NCBI GenBank assembly: GCA_041651055.1
Contig: JBAZJW010000002.1
Coordinates: forward strand, 90,980 to 154,979
Length of the DNA: 64,000 nt
From: Minisyncoccota bacterium
GTDB taxonomy: Bacteria; Patescibacteriota; Minisyncoccia; Phycocordibacterales; UBA5272
Direction of reading: 5' to 3'
Both the position numbers and the translations under genes were made by a program. The notes below the pieces were generated by a model that was given only the letters and a program-made list of their open reading frames with translations, did no database searches and was not told where the DNA came from. This document shows positions 29,935 to 40,442 of the stretch, piece by piece; within the stretch, counting starts at the first letter, position 1, and every line of letters starts with the position of its first letter.

Positions 29935-30850
29935 TTGCAGACATTTTACTAACTACAAAATTTACTACTTCTGGAGATACTTCCATCTTTGTGCCTGCGG
30001 CTTGTCTGTGACCGCCACCACCAAATTTATTAGCGATTTCTGATACATCTACATCACTTTTTTCAGTATATAGTGAAACCCTGTTTTCATCTGCGTTTAC
30101 TATTATTACATAGTCTATTTCATTGTGACTTTTCAGAAATTTGTGACCGGTTTCTGGTTGATACTGTGTTGCTAATATTACTGAATATCTGTGCCCGTTA
30201 GGATCACAAAAAACTGTAATTGGCGAATTCTTTTCTACTGTTCTGGTTATTTGTTCGTTCCTTCTTTCTCTGGTTGCTTCTATAATCTCTTTCATTTTCT
30301 CTAGATCTGCATTAATGTTGATGTACATGTGTTTTACAAAAGAGTTAAACCCGAGTACCTGCAACAAATCATTTAATCCTTCTCCCCTAAATCTGTGATG
30401 TGACGATAATTTCCACATGTCATAGGCATCAATTGCCTTTGAAAATATGTATTTGCTGTCTGACTCATTTATTTTTGCGTCATCGTTCTGAATTTTCATG
30501 CAAAAATTGTAAACAAGGGATGTTGCACACCTATTTGGATTAAAAGACGACCCAAAATCATACTTTGAAAGCCACTTCTTTGTTTTGTGGTGATCTATAA
30601 TCAATACCTGGTTTTTGTATTTGTGTGCATTTATTTGATCGCATACTTCAATAGATGGGCAAATGTCGGTAATCATAAGCAGAGTAGAATCGTCTAACTG
30701 CTCCAGGGCCTGCAATACATGCTTGTCTATCTTTTCGTATCCACACTGTTGGTATCTTGTTACGTTAAAAAATAATTTCAGCAATATCAAACACCCGGCA
30801 CCGTCTAAATCTGAGTGTGTTATTGCTATTACTTGTTTTTCGTTGTCCAT
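29927..30850 (-). CDS. DHH/DHHA1 phosphoesterase
   Basis: THSDLDG, ITD, IDHH and GGGGH..AAG motifs; ATG at 30850 with GGAGGA RBS. Confidence 0.85.
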   Translation of the reverse strand: MDNEKQVIAITHSDLDGAGCLILLKLFFNVTRYQQCGYEKIDKHVLQALEQLDDSTLLMITDICPSIEVCDQINAHKYKNQVLIIDHHKTKKWLSKYDFGSSFNPNRCATSLVYNFCMKIQNDDAKINESDSKYIFSKAIDAYDMWKLSSHHRFRGEGLNDLLQVLGFNSFVKHMYININADLEKMKEIIEATRERRNEQITRTVEKNSPITVFCDPNGHRYSVILATQYQPETGHKFLKSHNEIDYVIIVNADENRVSLYTEKSDVDVSEIANKFGGGGHRQAAGTKMEVSPEVVNFVVSKMSAIK

Positions 30851-30917
30851 GTGTTCCTCCATTACCTTGCCAGAAGTGGTACCGTATAGGACACGGTAGT
30901 CAACACAAGAATTTATT

Positions 30918-31415
30918 TTGGAGAGCGGCATGATTGTAAAATGGTATGCAATGGCTTTTGCTGACATAGAGAATAAGGAGTGTTTGTGTGCGTGGTTGGC
31001 TGGATTGGGTGAACCACCAAAGCAGCAGCTAAAAACCTTGATTCAGGTTGCAAATGGGCTTATTCAAACGGCTAAGGCTGTATACATACTCATAAACACT
31101 GATTTTGAAGATCTGTTGAAAAAAGAGGCTTTAGAGAAGTTACTTGAAGTATATAAATTAGCCACAAAACCGCTAGAGATGCCGTTAAATTATTTGTCGG
31201 CGGTGACTGCCCCTGCGGCTGATTGTCCACCAGTAGCACAAATTGCCGCCACTATGTATGATCTGAAAAATACTTTATTGGCACCAGTAAAAGATTTGGA
31301 AGAAGAAATAGAAGCATATATTAGTTCCATAGAACAGTCACAGGCGAATTCTGAGTTTTTAGATATGTTGTCTAGTGTATTGGATGACATAAGCCAAGCT
31401 ATAAATGAGTGTTGA
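30918..31415 (+). CDS. hypothetical helical protein of the baseplate region
   Basis: 165-aa ORF overlapping the wedge gene. Confidence 0.5.
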   Translation: MESGMIVKWYAMAFADIENKECLCAWLAGLGEPPKQQLKTLIQVANGLIQTAKAVYILINTDFEDLLKKEALEKLLEVYKLATKPLEMPLNYLSAVTAPAADCPPVAQIAATMYDLKNTLLAPVKDLEEEIEAYISSIEQSQANSEFLDMLSSVLDDISQAINEC

Positions 31416-32148
31416 CATGGTAGATTATCAATCTGACCTAAAAGTGATACTTCCGGATGGCACTCGCTTCAGAAGTTCCATAGCCCTATCCCCCTCTGGT
31501 GACATACAACTTGTTACTGGCAGGGAAAAACTGATATCACAGCTCGTGTTTGCTATACTGAATGAAAATACGTTTCCTGAAGGGGTTGCAAATTCTAAGT
31601 CTAATGCACTAGGTGATTTGAAAACCGCACTGAATGTTATATTGAGAAGATTCAAGCAAAACCAAATAGCGTATGTGCAACAGTACGCTGATTCTGATTT
31701 TTTGGGTTTTGGTATTTACAGAAAAGAGGCTGGCGCTGATACAGATTATGCTAGAATTTCTAACCAAGCAGTAACTTGGAATTTTGAAGACACAGATGTA
31801 TACAACGAAAAGGAGTATTTATACGGAATCTCCAAATTATATAAAGGTATGCTAGAATCCAAGTATGTTGATGTATTTAGAATTGCTCCTACCTCTAACA
31901 CTGAAAATGTTACTGTGTTGTCTGGTAGATATGCTGCCATTGTAAACGGCAATAAATCTGTGTCCATCTATGTTGACTACAATAAGACATTTAAAGCGTC
32001 AGAACTATTGCAAAACATAATCAGAATACAGGCCACTTTAGTAAAGACAGACCCCAGAAGGGTGTTAATTGATTTGGTAATAGAGAATTACTTAGGTGAG
32101 CAAGTGTCGCTGTCTTCATATGGCGCTGCTAATGCGTACGGTGCATAA
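31405..32148 (+). CDS. baseplate wedge subunit (gp25/W-like) with an inserted domain
   Basis: GDIQLVTGREKLISQL...SELLQNI...TDPRRVLIDL. Confidence 0.6.
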   Translation: MSVDMVDYQSDLKVILPDGTRFRSSIALSPSGDIQLVTGREKLISQLVFAILNENTFPEGVANSKSNALGDLKTALNVILRRFKQNQIAYVQQYADSDFLGFGIYRKEAGADTDYARISNQAVTWNFEDTDVYNEKEYLYGISKLYKGMLESKYVDVFRIAPTSNTENVTVLSGRYAAIVNGNKSVSIYVDYNKTFKASELLQNIIRIQATLVKTDPRRVLIDLVIENYLGEQVSLSSYGAANAYGA

Positions 32149-32151
32149 ATA

Positions 32152-33570
32152 ATGGCTGCTATAAAATCAATACAAACTATGTTCGCAGAATTGAAGACCT
32201 ATTTAAGAGCCAGATCTAAGTATTTAGATTTGAGCGACAACAGCCTATTGAATGAGCTAATATTGAAGTCTTTTTCTGTCGGTGGAAAACTTATTATGGA
32301 TCAAGTAAACAAATTCAAAAATTTGCACATACTGTCCTTGACTACCGGATCTGATTTAGAAGACGAAGCTGGCAATTATTTATTGGAAAAGTTAAGCGGC
32401 AACTATGCAAAAGTGATACTGACATTATGGACCAACACCAAGCCCACGAGCAATGTAGTAATACCGATAAGTACTCAGGCAAAAACCAGTGGCACAGCGT
32501 TTGTATCACCAGTAACCTTTTCAACACTTAGCGAATTGAACGTACCTGTTAGTGCTGTAGACTCGTATTTCTCATTCGACAGAAACAGGTATGAATTCAA
32601 CGTGTTGGCGCAGTGTGATAGTATAGGCAGTGTGGGTATTGTTGGTTCGAACCTTGTAAATGAACTCATTACTTCGGTTTCTCAGATTGACAGTGTTACA
32701 AACCTGCGCGCTTCATACGGGAACAATCTAGATTCAGAGTCGGATTCTGGCTTGCAAGAGAGAATTCGTCTTGCCCGTGTGGGTAGAAACAAAAACGTGT
32801 TGAACGGCATCAAGAAAACGATGAAGGATCTTGGATTTTTTGATGCTAATGTGGTGCGTCCTGGAGACACGTATTCAGAAAAAGCTACCGGAATTGACAC
32901 TTTTGTGGTCGATACCTCCTCTGAAAAAGCTGAAGACGTGTTTGTATATGATCCATCGAATGTAAGATATTATTTTACCCACAGACCAATTTTGGAAGTA
33001 ACTTCTGTAGTGTCCGAAATAAACGGCGCACTGGTAGCATCACAGTACAGTGTTACTATAGACTCAGACTCCCCTGTGAGAAGGAGCGTTGATGCGTTAG
33101 ATTATATTGAGTTTTTGCCGCCTGTGTCGTTGGTTCCTGGATCTAGAATTACCGTCGTCTATAACTACGCCTCTGCAATAAAAAATGCACAAGATATAAT
33201 AAATTTAGATAATAGCAAAGTTTTGACCTCTAATGTGTTGGTAAAAAGAGCGTACCCTTTATATCTATATCTGAATGCACAATTGACCTTGAAGGCAAAT
33301 GCAGATGGGCCTACCACAAGAAACAAGTGTAAAAATGCATTAGCTCAGTTTATGTCTACGTACATACTTGGGCAGCCATTGCAAGAGAGTGATTTGATAG
33401 TAACCTTGCAATTGGGGTACGGAGATTATCCAATTGATACTGTAGACGCTGTTAGGATAAGTCAATTCTATTTACAAGATGAATATGGCAATAACTACCC
33501 ATCAGTAAATGGTGTAATATCTTTGAACAAAAAGCAGCATGCAGTATACGGGTCTACTTCTATAGTGTAG
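32152..33570 (+). CDS. baseplate J-like protein
   Basis: TGSDLE, AQCDSIGSVG, VTN...ESDSGLQERI motifs. Confidence 0.8.
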   Translation: MAAIKSIQTMFAELKTYLRARSKYLDLSDNSLLNELILKSFSVGGKLIMDQVNKFKNLHILSLTTGSDLEDEAGNYLLEKLSGNYAKVILTLWTNTKPTSNVVIPISTQAKTSGTAFVSPVTFSTLSELNVPVSAVDSYFSFDRNRYEFNVLAQCDSIGSVGIVGSNLVNELITSVSQIDSVTNLRASYGNNLDSESDSGLQERIRLARVGRNKNVLNGIKKTMKDLGFFDANVVRPGDTYSEKATGIDTFVVDTSSEKAEDVFVYDPSNVRYYFTHRPILEVTSVVSEINGALVASQYSVTIDSDSPVRRSVDALDYIEFLPPVSLVPGSRITVVYNYASAIKNAQDIINLDNSKVLTSNVLVKRAYPLYLYLNAQLTLKANADGPTTRNKCKNALAQFMSTYILGQPLQESDLIVTLQLGYGDYPIDTVDAVRISQFYLQDEYGNNYPSVNGVISLNKKQHAVYGSTSIV

Positions 33571-33576
33571 GTATAT

Positions 33577-34170
33577 ATGAATATCTGGTGGTGCTCACCT
33601 AACGGAAACAACGTCTTTGGCGTTGGAAGCAGGGAAAACCCGTTCCAAACCATCGAAAAAGCCTTGTCTGTGTTTCAAGATGGAGATCAGATTAGACTGC
33701 TACCAGGAACGTTTACTCCTACAGACAGTGTGTTGATTAGTGGTAAAAGTGGATCTATATTTGCAGATGTACCAAAAGCTAGCTTTATACAGCCGCAAAA
33801 GACACTCAATCACCGGGCTGGGATAGCTGTAATAGATGCAGAAAGGTTTACTATAGCTGGCATAGTATTGTTACAAGCTTCTGACTCTAGCGGCAATTTG
33901 ATGGGTATTTATGTTAATAATATAGAGAAATTTCTGTGTCTAACCTGCGATGTAAAGAATTTCACAGTTCCGTCTGGAGATGCTATTGGAATTTTTGCGT
34001 CTGGTGGTGGACGAGTAGAAAACTGTACAGTAAGTAACTTGAACGGCGCAGGAAACAAAACTATTGGAATTTGGACTATAGGTATAGTGCCAATAGATTG
34101 TCACACAGAGGAATCTTCCGGTGTGAATTACTTCCGTGGGATGCTGATAGAGGGGTTAAATTATCCTTGA
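33577..34170 (+). CDS. short beta-helix (DUF1565-like) protein
   Basis: SPNGNN..GSRENPFQTIEKAL...GDQIRLLPGTF. Confidence 0.65.
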   Translation: MNIWWCSPNGNNVFGVGSRENPFQTIEKALSVFQDGDQIRLLPGTFTPTDSVLISGKSGSIFADVPKASFIQPQKTLNHRAGIAVIDAERFTIAGIVLLQASDSSGNLMGIYVNNIEKFLCLTCDVKNFTVPSGDAIGIFASGGGRVENCTVSNLNGAGNKTIGIWTIGIVPIDCHTEESSGVNYFRGMLIEGLNYP

Positions 34171-34781
34171 TAACTGCTTCTTTAATACGTGGTAATGGTT
34201 ATTTGCCAGGAAATGCCTCTGTTGGTGGAGTGGTGTTCTTTAGCTTGACCGATAGCAACCCACAGAACGTGCTGTGGAATCTAGAAAGTGCACCTAATGG
34301 ATCTGTGGCCAGACTTTTTAATACGAACGGTGCAACCACCAAGTTGTTGGACATAGATAAATATGGCGTATACTTTGTAAAGGCAAAATTGTTTGTTGGT
34401 ACCCCAACAGAAAAAGAGTATTCCTATTCAGTATCGGTACCTCAAACTGTACACAACGTAATCCCCCCGGAACCGGTGTTTGAGGCAAGTGACCGGGTTA
34501 GAAACTTCAATTTTGAATTGCCCGGTGAATTTTTTGGGGAGGCACACTACTGGAATACAGAAGATGACAACGGCATTTTGTTTGGCGGGGGAGGTGCGAC
34601 CCGTGGTAGAATTGAGCATCCTATTGGCTACGATAAAGATACTGGATTTATATTTTGTTTGGGGGATGATTTGAATGAGGAGTCTGTGTTCTACAGAGAC
34701 ACACTATTTTCGATATCGCAAGTTGTAGATTTTAGCAATATTGAAACACTAGAAATAGCATTGAAGTTTAGAAAAGGATAA
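34167..34781 (+). CDS. baseplate/tail-associated protein
   Basis: TTGA overlap start; WNLESAPNGS..DKYGVY PKD-like pattern. Confidence 0.55.
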   Translation: MITASLIRGNGYLPGNASVGGVVFFSLTDSNPQNVLWNLESAPNGSVARLFNTNGATTKLLDIDKYGVYFVKAKLFVGTPTEKEYSYSVSVPQTVHNVIPPEPVFEASDRVRNFNFELPGEFFGEAHYWNTEDDNGILFGGGGATRGRIEHPIGYDKDTGFIFCLGDDLNEESVFYRDTLFSISQVVDFSNIETLEIALKFRKG

Positions 34782-34785
34782 TACT

Positions 34786-36915
34786 GTGTCCACCCTCCCA
34801 GCATTTTATGTAGATAACATAAAGGTCATAGAAGACCGTACGTATGTTGTGCGTGGCAATGTCGTATCTAACTGCTATGGATCAGATGCAATTGGCATAG
34901 AAATAAAGAACTGCAACACAGTTCGAGCAAAAAATAATCGCACTCACAGAATTAGATCTGTGTTGGGTAACAGCATTGGTTTGAAAATAGTTGATTGTGA
35001 AGACGTAGTGTCAGTATACCATGTATCTTCGCGGTGCAATGCTGGAGTGCATTTAGAAAACATAGAGAAACTATATTTTTATAACTATACGTCCCACGAT
35101 TGTGACATTTGCGGCACACTCGACAACCCATCAGTGGTGTCAACATTAAGAAACATCAGTCTGTCGGTGTACGACAATGTGCCTATATTTAGAAAAGGAT
35201 CTGGATTTGTGCTGTCATCAGGCAGTGTGCTTGACATTGATTACATGTACCACTACGGTATTGGTGACTTATATGTGGGCGGTTCTGTTACTGAAGGATC
35301 TAGTATAACATTAGACAAACCTATCTATGTTGATGAGGAAAACGACGATCTTACTCCGGACAATTTGTCGGTTTTGAACAATGCGGGTACGGACAACCCA
35401 CTCTATGAGGCAAATCCAGACATAGGAGGAATAGAGAGTGAGGTTGTAGACGAACAAACCACAGACCAGGATTATTATTACAAGTTACTTGATAACACAT
35501 TCTGGGACATAGGTAATCAAAGTGCGGTTGAAGTGTCGCTCATCAAAGCATTTCAAAGCAGGATTTTAGCTAATTGCGAGTTGGCTGTCAGTACAGCTAA
35601 AAGAGACTATTTTATTAAAGACGCACAATCTTTGACTGGGTTTTCTGAGATATTTCCGTGTCAGGCATACTATTTCAACAGCTCAAAATTCAAAAAACGT
35701 GTGATGGATCTGTGGTTCAACACCATAAATCCTTCTACGTTGTATTCCATGAATTGTTCAATTGGTGGGTACAACCTGTTTCCATCATACTTCAAGAGAA
35801 CTGAAGATGATATACGTTATTGGCTGCTAGGAAGCTCGGCAGTAAATATTGATAATATGCTTTCTAGTGTAGAAAATCTTAGGTATGGTATAACCATAGA
35901 CGTGCTGGGTTTGTCAACTATGTCTTCGATGGCTTCTGCAGAATGTTACAGCCATTTCAAGGAAACTGTGGCTGATGCCGGTCCGTTTGTGTGGACTATG
36001 CACAATGAACCACAACCCAGTGGCTATTTATTATTTACAGATATGTGGAACGACTTTGAAAGATGTACCCTAAATAAAATGTTCTACAACAATGATTTCA
36101 ACATAAGTCCGGAGTCTGCCGAAGATTGTTCACTTGTTACCCCATTGTTGATTACAGGAGCAAATCCCATTTCTGGATCCGTAACTCTTGGGCCTGCTCC
36201 ATCAGGCGGAGGAGATGTAGAGCTTTCTTTGTTAGACCGTATTTGGGGCGAGTCTCTGAACAGACAAGCCCATTACAGACTTGGGGATTCAGAACCATCT
36301 ATGGGTTCGTGGAATGAATTGGACAATGTTATAGGAAAAACGATATCAATCAATAACAGATACATACAATTTCGAATAAACGTGTCCGACTTGAAAAGAA
36401 AAGATGATTATGAATTTATGGGATTGTGTTTACGACCACTACAAAACAGACGTGTGTGGTCAGAACCACAAGAATATACACAAAGTTACATAGAAATAGT
36501 GCCTGGCGAGTGCTGTTTTGATAAGACCAATCCTCCTATTTTAGACGAGGGTGGTATTAGGTTCTCGGATGATGGTGTTCCGCATATTTGTGGATGGAGT
36601 TATTTTGTGCCGAAAGAAATAAGAGAGAGTGCGTCTGAACTTATTCTGATGATTTCTTCTGCTGGGTTGGGTGATTTGTATATGCAATATTCAATAATTA
36701 CTTTATTGAATACCGGTTTTATGGGTGCATCGTTGGTGTCTAATTTTATACAAAATTTCGATGGTGTTGGCTTCTTCAAAACCGTGAAAATAAATATGAG
36801 TGGCTTGTTTAATAATGCAACTACGCATATTATACTATTGCTAACTCGTGATTCTACGAACATAAACGACACACTCAACGGAAATGCTACTATGTTGCTT
36901 GGGAAAATAGAATAG
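34786..36915 (+). CDS. baseplate/tail-associated multidomain protein with N-terminal beta-helix
   Basis: beta-helix rungs ending NAG...PDIGGIE; C-terminal domain paralogous to the next gene. Confidence 0.55.
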   Translation: MSTLPAFYVDNIKVIEDRTYVVRGNVVSNCYGSDAIGIEIKNCNTVRAKNNRTHRIRSVLGNSIGLKIVDCEDVVSVYHVSSRCNAGVHLENIEKLYFYNYTSHDCDICGTLDNPSVVSTLRNISLSVYDNVPIFRKGSGFVLSSGSVLDIDYMYHYGIGDLYVGGSVTEGSSITLDKPIYVDEENDDLTPDNLSVLNNAGTDNPLYEANPDIGGIESEVVDEQTTDQDYYYKLLDNTFWDIGNQSAVEVSLIKAFQSRILANCELAVSTAKRDYFIKDAQSLTGFSEIFPCQAYYFNSSKFKKRVMDLWFNTINPSTLYSMNCSIGGYNLFPSYFKRTEDDIRYWLLGSSAVNIDNMLSSVENLRYGITIDVLGLSTMSSMASAECYSHFKETVADAGPFVWTMHNEPQPSGYLLFTDMWNDFERCTLNKMFYNNDFNISPESAEDCSLVTPLLITGANPISGSVTLGPAPSGGGDVELSLLDRIWGESLNRQAHYRLGDSEPSMGSWNELDNVIGKTISINNRYIQFRINVSDLKRKDDYEFMGLCLRPLQNRRVWSEPQEYTQSYIEIVPGECCFDKTNPPILDEGGIRFSDDGVPHICGWSYFVPKEIRESASELILMISSAGLGDLYMQYSIITLLNTGFMGASLVSNFIQNFDGVGFFKTVKINMSGLFNNATTHIILLLTRDSTNINDTLNGNATMLLGKIE

Positions 36916-36924
36916 GAATAATGA

Positions 36925-37371
36925 ATGCCCGCGAAATTGGAACTTGTTCCTGGTGCTGCTGGTATGGACGGCACCAACCCCGCCACACAGGATGCACAAG
37001 ATATAATTTTTGAGGGGGACAACGCAGATCACATATGTGGTTGGGTTAAATATGTATCTCCCGAGTTGAGGCTTCTCATTAGTAAAATCCTGCGGTTGGG
37101 GTTTGGGTATGATGGTGCAGTTGGTACCGCTAGGTTTGATATTACTGTTGCCACTTTTGATGCGGAAGGTAACTTGACGGGGTTTACCGTTGTTCCGTTT
37201 TATGTGTCAATTTCGAATGTTCCTAATTACATATTTTGGGGAGTGTTTGATTTAACGAATTACATACATGACAATGATGTGGTGGTGTTCATACTAATGA
37301 ACAGAAATTCATCAAACCCAGGTGATACACTTAACGGTGATATACGATTCTTTCACGGGTACGTGGAGTAA
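36925..37371 (+). CDS. paralogue of the C-terminal domain of the preceding protein
   Basis: shared LVPG/IVPG, TNP, HICGW and R..S...DTLNG motifs. Confidence 0.6.
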   Translation: MPAKLELVPGAAGMDGTNPATQDAQDIIFEGDNADHICGWVKYVSPELRLLISKILRLGFGYDGAVGTARFDITVATFDAEGNLTGFTVVPFYVSISNVPNYIFWGVFDLTNYIHDNDVVVFILMNRNSSNPGDTLNGDIRFFHGYVE

Positions 37372-37377
37372 TAAATC

Positions 37378-40300
37378 ATGAAACGTGCAGAATATTTTAA
37401 TAAGACCATACCAACCGAAGATCAGCTTAATTATACAGAAGATTCAAAAGTAAGTGCGTTGTTGGAGCGACTGCGTTCTGACTCCCAGTTGGGCGTGGTA
37501 AATGGGTTTATAGTAACAGTAAACCCAGTTGATTCAACATTGATAGATGTTGGTCCGGGTGAAGGGTACACAGGCGGGAAATACCGTCAATTAGATATAA
37601 AGGGTGAATACTCCGGAGAAAGAATATCTACCATCAATGATTCTACTTCTGGAAGTACAAATTTTTACACAGTACAAGGACAGGCACTAGCATCTTATGT
37701 GGCAGGCATAAAGAACTATGTTTCACTGGTATATGCAGAGGTTGAAGATACAGCACTAGCAGAAATCGACTATCCGTTCACACCGCACAATACAATAGTT
37801 AGAGACAGCTTTTCTGTATCAGTACTTGCAGAAACTGATTGGAACTTACTATCACTAAATGAAAAACGAAGACGTTTTCTTGTAGCTATAATAACAGCCA
37901 ATGGGGCTGGTGTGCCGTTAACAGCTTCTAGTATCCAACAAGTGGTACAACCGAAGAGCCACCCTACGCCCACGCAGCCTTCAAATGTGTCTGGTGCCAT
38001 AATTACATCATTATCACAAGAAACATTAATAGGTGCCGGTACACTAAGATATGAATCAAGTACTAAAAAGTTGTATTGGACAGCACCAGGAAGTACAGAA
38101 GGAGCAGGTGTTACAGTAACTTCTTCTGGCTCGTTTACTTTATACTCTTTCGATGTAATTTACTGGATCACTGTTGAAGTTACGTACGCCTCTCTTCCGG
38201 CCGGTGACGAAACAGACTCAATTGACATAATATCATTATATGGTAGTATTATACCGCGTTTTAGTGCAGTTGATTCAGTGCACCGTGATATGGTTGGTTC
38301 TGGTGTGCCCACACTCAGCAACCCACACGGCATGACTATTGATGATTTGCCGGGTGGTGGATTTGACCACGCGGACTTATTTCACAGAAATGGTATTTCG
38401 TATGACTCCGATCCAGCACAGTTAGAATGCATCATAAACCCAGATCCTGGTGTGGATGAAATACTGATTAATAACCTTGGAGGGTTCGACAACAGTTTCT
38501 TGGTAGATGGTCGTGTGTATGAAGTGGTGGAGGGCGTGCCTGCGGGTACGGATGCTGTGCTGTCTTTTGATACTGTACCGTCTCCGGACAGTGGAGAGTA
38601 TCTGATTTATTTAGACAGTGCTGGGTCGCTGCATAGTGTCAAAATTGGTGAAGTGTTGTGGGATGCTAATATTTATATTGTTGACATGTCCAACAAAACC
38701 CCCGGCAACGCTACTATTACGTGGAATGCTATTGGTAATGTACTTACTTATCAAGCCCCCGGTGATGGAGCACCGGGCGCTGCTGTTAGAATAACTGGAT
38801 TTGCGTCCCCTACCGATCCTCAGCTTTATAAATTATACTCTAGCGATCTTGATAATTGGGTGATAGTAGAGATGATCGGTTCTGTTGGGTTAAATAACTC
38901 AACCACATTTGATACTGATAAAAACAATACCACCAATGATAATGAAGTAATATTGAAGCTTGCGGTGGTGGGGTGGGATGCAGTAACCGAAACCCTGTCA
39001 AATGTACGTGATATCAGGAGATTTTTTACCGCAGACATTGGTTTTCAATTTGAGGAAGAACATGATTCTGATGGTTCACACACAAAAGTGCTGCAAAATA
39101 CTCTAAGATTGGTGAATACCACTAACCCCACAATACGTGCCATAGCTGAATCTGTAGTAATCTCAGCTTATGCAGATGATTCTACTGCTGTTTATGGAGC
39201 TGCGTATGACAGTTATGGTGTGTATGGTTTGGCGGGGGGATCATACGGAGTATTTGGTAGTGCTGGAGGAGCATACGGAGTATGTGGAAAAGCTAGTAGT
39301 TATGGTGTGTATGGAACCGCTAGCAATTATGGGGTCTACGGCTCAGCAAACGGAAATATACCAATAGGACACGTAATAGGCGTATACGGATCTGCAGTTA
39401 ATGTAGGTGCGCCCAATAGTGCTGTTGGTGCTGTTGGAAATGCCGCTGGTGTCAATGCAACGGGTGTGGCAGGCTACGCTGCCAATGGAACAGGTGTTTA
39501 CGGATCTGGAGATGTTTATGGTATTTACGGTACCGCTGCTGAATACGCTATTAGGGGTGTGGCTGCACAAAGCCACGCTGTGTGGGCTTCTGCTCCACAA
39601 TCAGCCATACATGCTCGCGCCGGTCAATACGCGGTATGGGGCAGTGCCAACTCGAACTCTGTTGGTAATATATACGGTGTGTTCGGGTCTGCTGTAAACG
39701 GATTAAACGCACACCTAGCAGTGGGTGTAATTGGACAGGCTGGTGGTGTTGCAGCAACTGGTGTATTTGGAAGTGCAGCACAAGGTAGGGGTGTGGTTGG
39801 CATTGGTGTTGTAGGAGTATACGGGTCAGCAAACACCAATGGAGTATACGGGAAAGCATTAGTTGAACAGGGTGTGTATGGAGAAGCGGTTACTGCAGGC
39901 GTATACGGATTTGCGAGTACCTATGGTGTATATGGAGAATCGGATGATGATTACGGTGTGTACGGTACGGCTTTAGTAAGCTACGGTGTTTTGGGCAAAG
40001 CAGCCACGGTTGGAGTAAAGGGGATAGCATCAACATATGGTGTATACGGGGAAGCAGACACCTACGGTGTCTATGGATTGGGTGGTGATAGTTATGGTGT
40101 GTATGGTCAGGCAGCAACTATTGGGGTTATGGGAAAGGCTACTGGTATTAATTCACGCGGTGTTAGGGGCGTGTGTACTGCCGCTGGTGGTTATGGCGTA
40201 GAAGGGGTAGGAGACTCTGTTGGGGTGTTCGGTGATGGTGATGCCGGTGGGTGGTTTGAAGGAGATACCTTTGGTGTAGTGATAAGCAACACAGCAAGTT

Positions 40301-40431
40301 TCATTGTGGCGTTACAAGGCGGTGCTGTAAGTATTGCCGGTGCTGCAGTCCCGGCATCCGCTACATTCATGCCAATAGTGGCAAATGGTGGAAATACATA
40401 CCTTGTAGCTTTATTTGCGGTTCCACCCTAA
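37378..40431 (+). CDS. tail fibre-like protein with (Y)GVYG repeats
   Basis: 1017 aa; SNPHG motif; dozens of GVYG/GVFG repeats in the C-terminal 40%; last gene of the tail operon. Confidence 0.7.
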   Translation: MKRAEYFNKTIPTEDQLNYTEDSKVSALLERLRSDSQLGVVNGFIVTVNPVDSTLIDVGPGEGYTGGKYRQLDIKGEYSGERISTINDSTSGSTNFYTVQGQALASYVAGIKNYVSLVYAEVEDTALAEIDYPFTPHNTIVRDSFSVSVLAETDWNLLSLNEKRRRFLVAIITANGAGVPLTASSIQQVVQPKSHPTPTQPSNVSGAIITSLSQETLIGAGTLRYESSTKKLYWTAPGSTEGAGVTVTSSGSFTLYSFDVIYWITVEVTYASLPAGDETDSIDIISLYGSIIPRFSAVDSVHRDMVGSGVPTLSNPHGMTIDDLPGGGFDHADLFHRNGISYDSDPAQLECIINPDPGVDEILINNLGGFDNSFLVDGRVYEVVEGVPAGTDAVLSFDTVPSPDSGEYLIYLDSAGSLHSVKIGEVLWDANIYIVDMSNKTPGNATITWNAIGNVLTYQAPGDGAPGAAVRITGFASPTDPQLYKLYSSDLDNWVIVEMIGSVGLNNSTTFDTDKNNTTNDNEVILKLAVVGWDAVTETLSNVRDIRRFFTADIGFQFEEEHDSDGSHTKVLQNTLRLVNTTNPTIRAIAESVVISAYADDSTAVYGAAYDSYGVYGLAGGSYGVFGSAGGAYGVCGKASSYGVYGTASNYGVYGSANGNIPIGHVIGVYGSAVNVGAPNSAVGAVGNAAGVNATGVAGYAANGTGVYGSGDVYGIYGTAAEYAIRGVAAQSHAVWASAPQSAIHARAGQYAVWGSANSNSVGNIYGVFGSAVNGLNAHLAVGVIGQAGGVAATGVFGSAAQGRGVVGIGVVGVYGSANTNGVYGKALVEQGVYGEAVTAGVYGFASTYGVYGESDDDYGVYGTALVSYGVLGKAATVGVKGIASTYGVYGEADTYGVYGLGGDSYGVYGQAATIGVMGKATGINSRGVRGVCTAAGGYGVEGVGDSVGVFGDGDAGGWFEGDTFGVVISNTASFIVALQGGAVSIAGAAVPASATFMPIVANGGNTYLVALFAVPP

Positions 40432-40442
40432 TTCATAATGAT

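Noticed and set aside
30851-30967. N-terminal extension of the DHH ORF
   Set aside because: Overlaps the divergent gene; RBS and motif position favour ATG 30850
39170-40290. GVYG tract as a DNA repeat array or DGR variable region
   Set aside because: Repeats are protein-level and synonymous-degenerate; no reverse transcriptase or template repeat seen
19297-40431. Bacterial contractile injection system or tailocin rather than a phage
   Set aside because: Neck-like genes, a frameshifted chaperone, tRNA, early promoters and phage-type accessory genes indicate a phage genome
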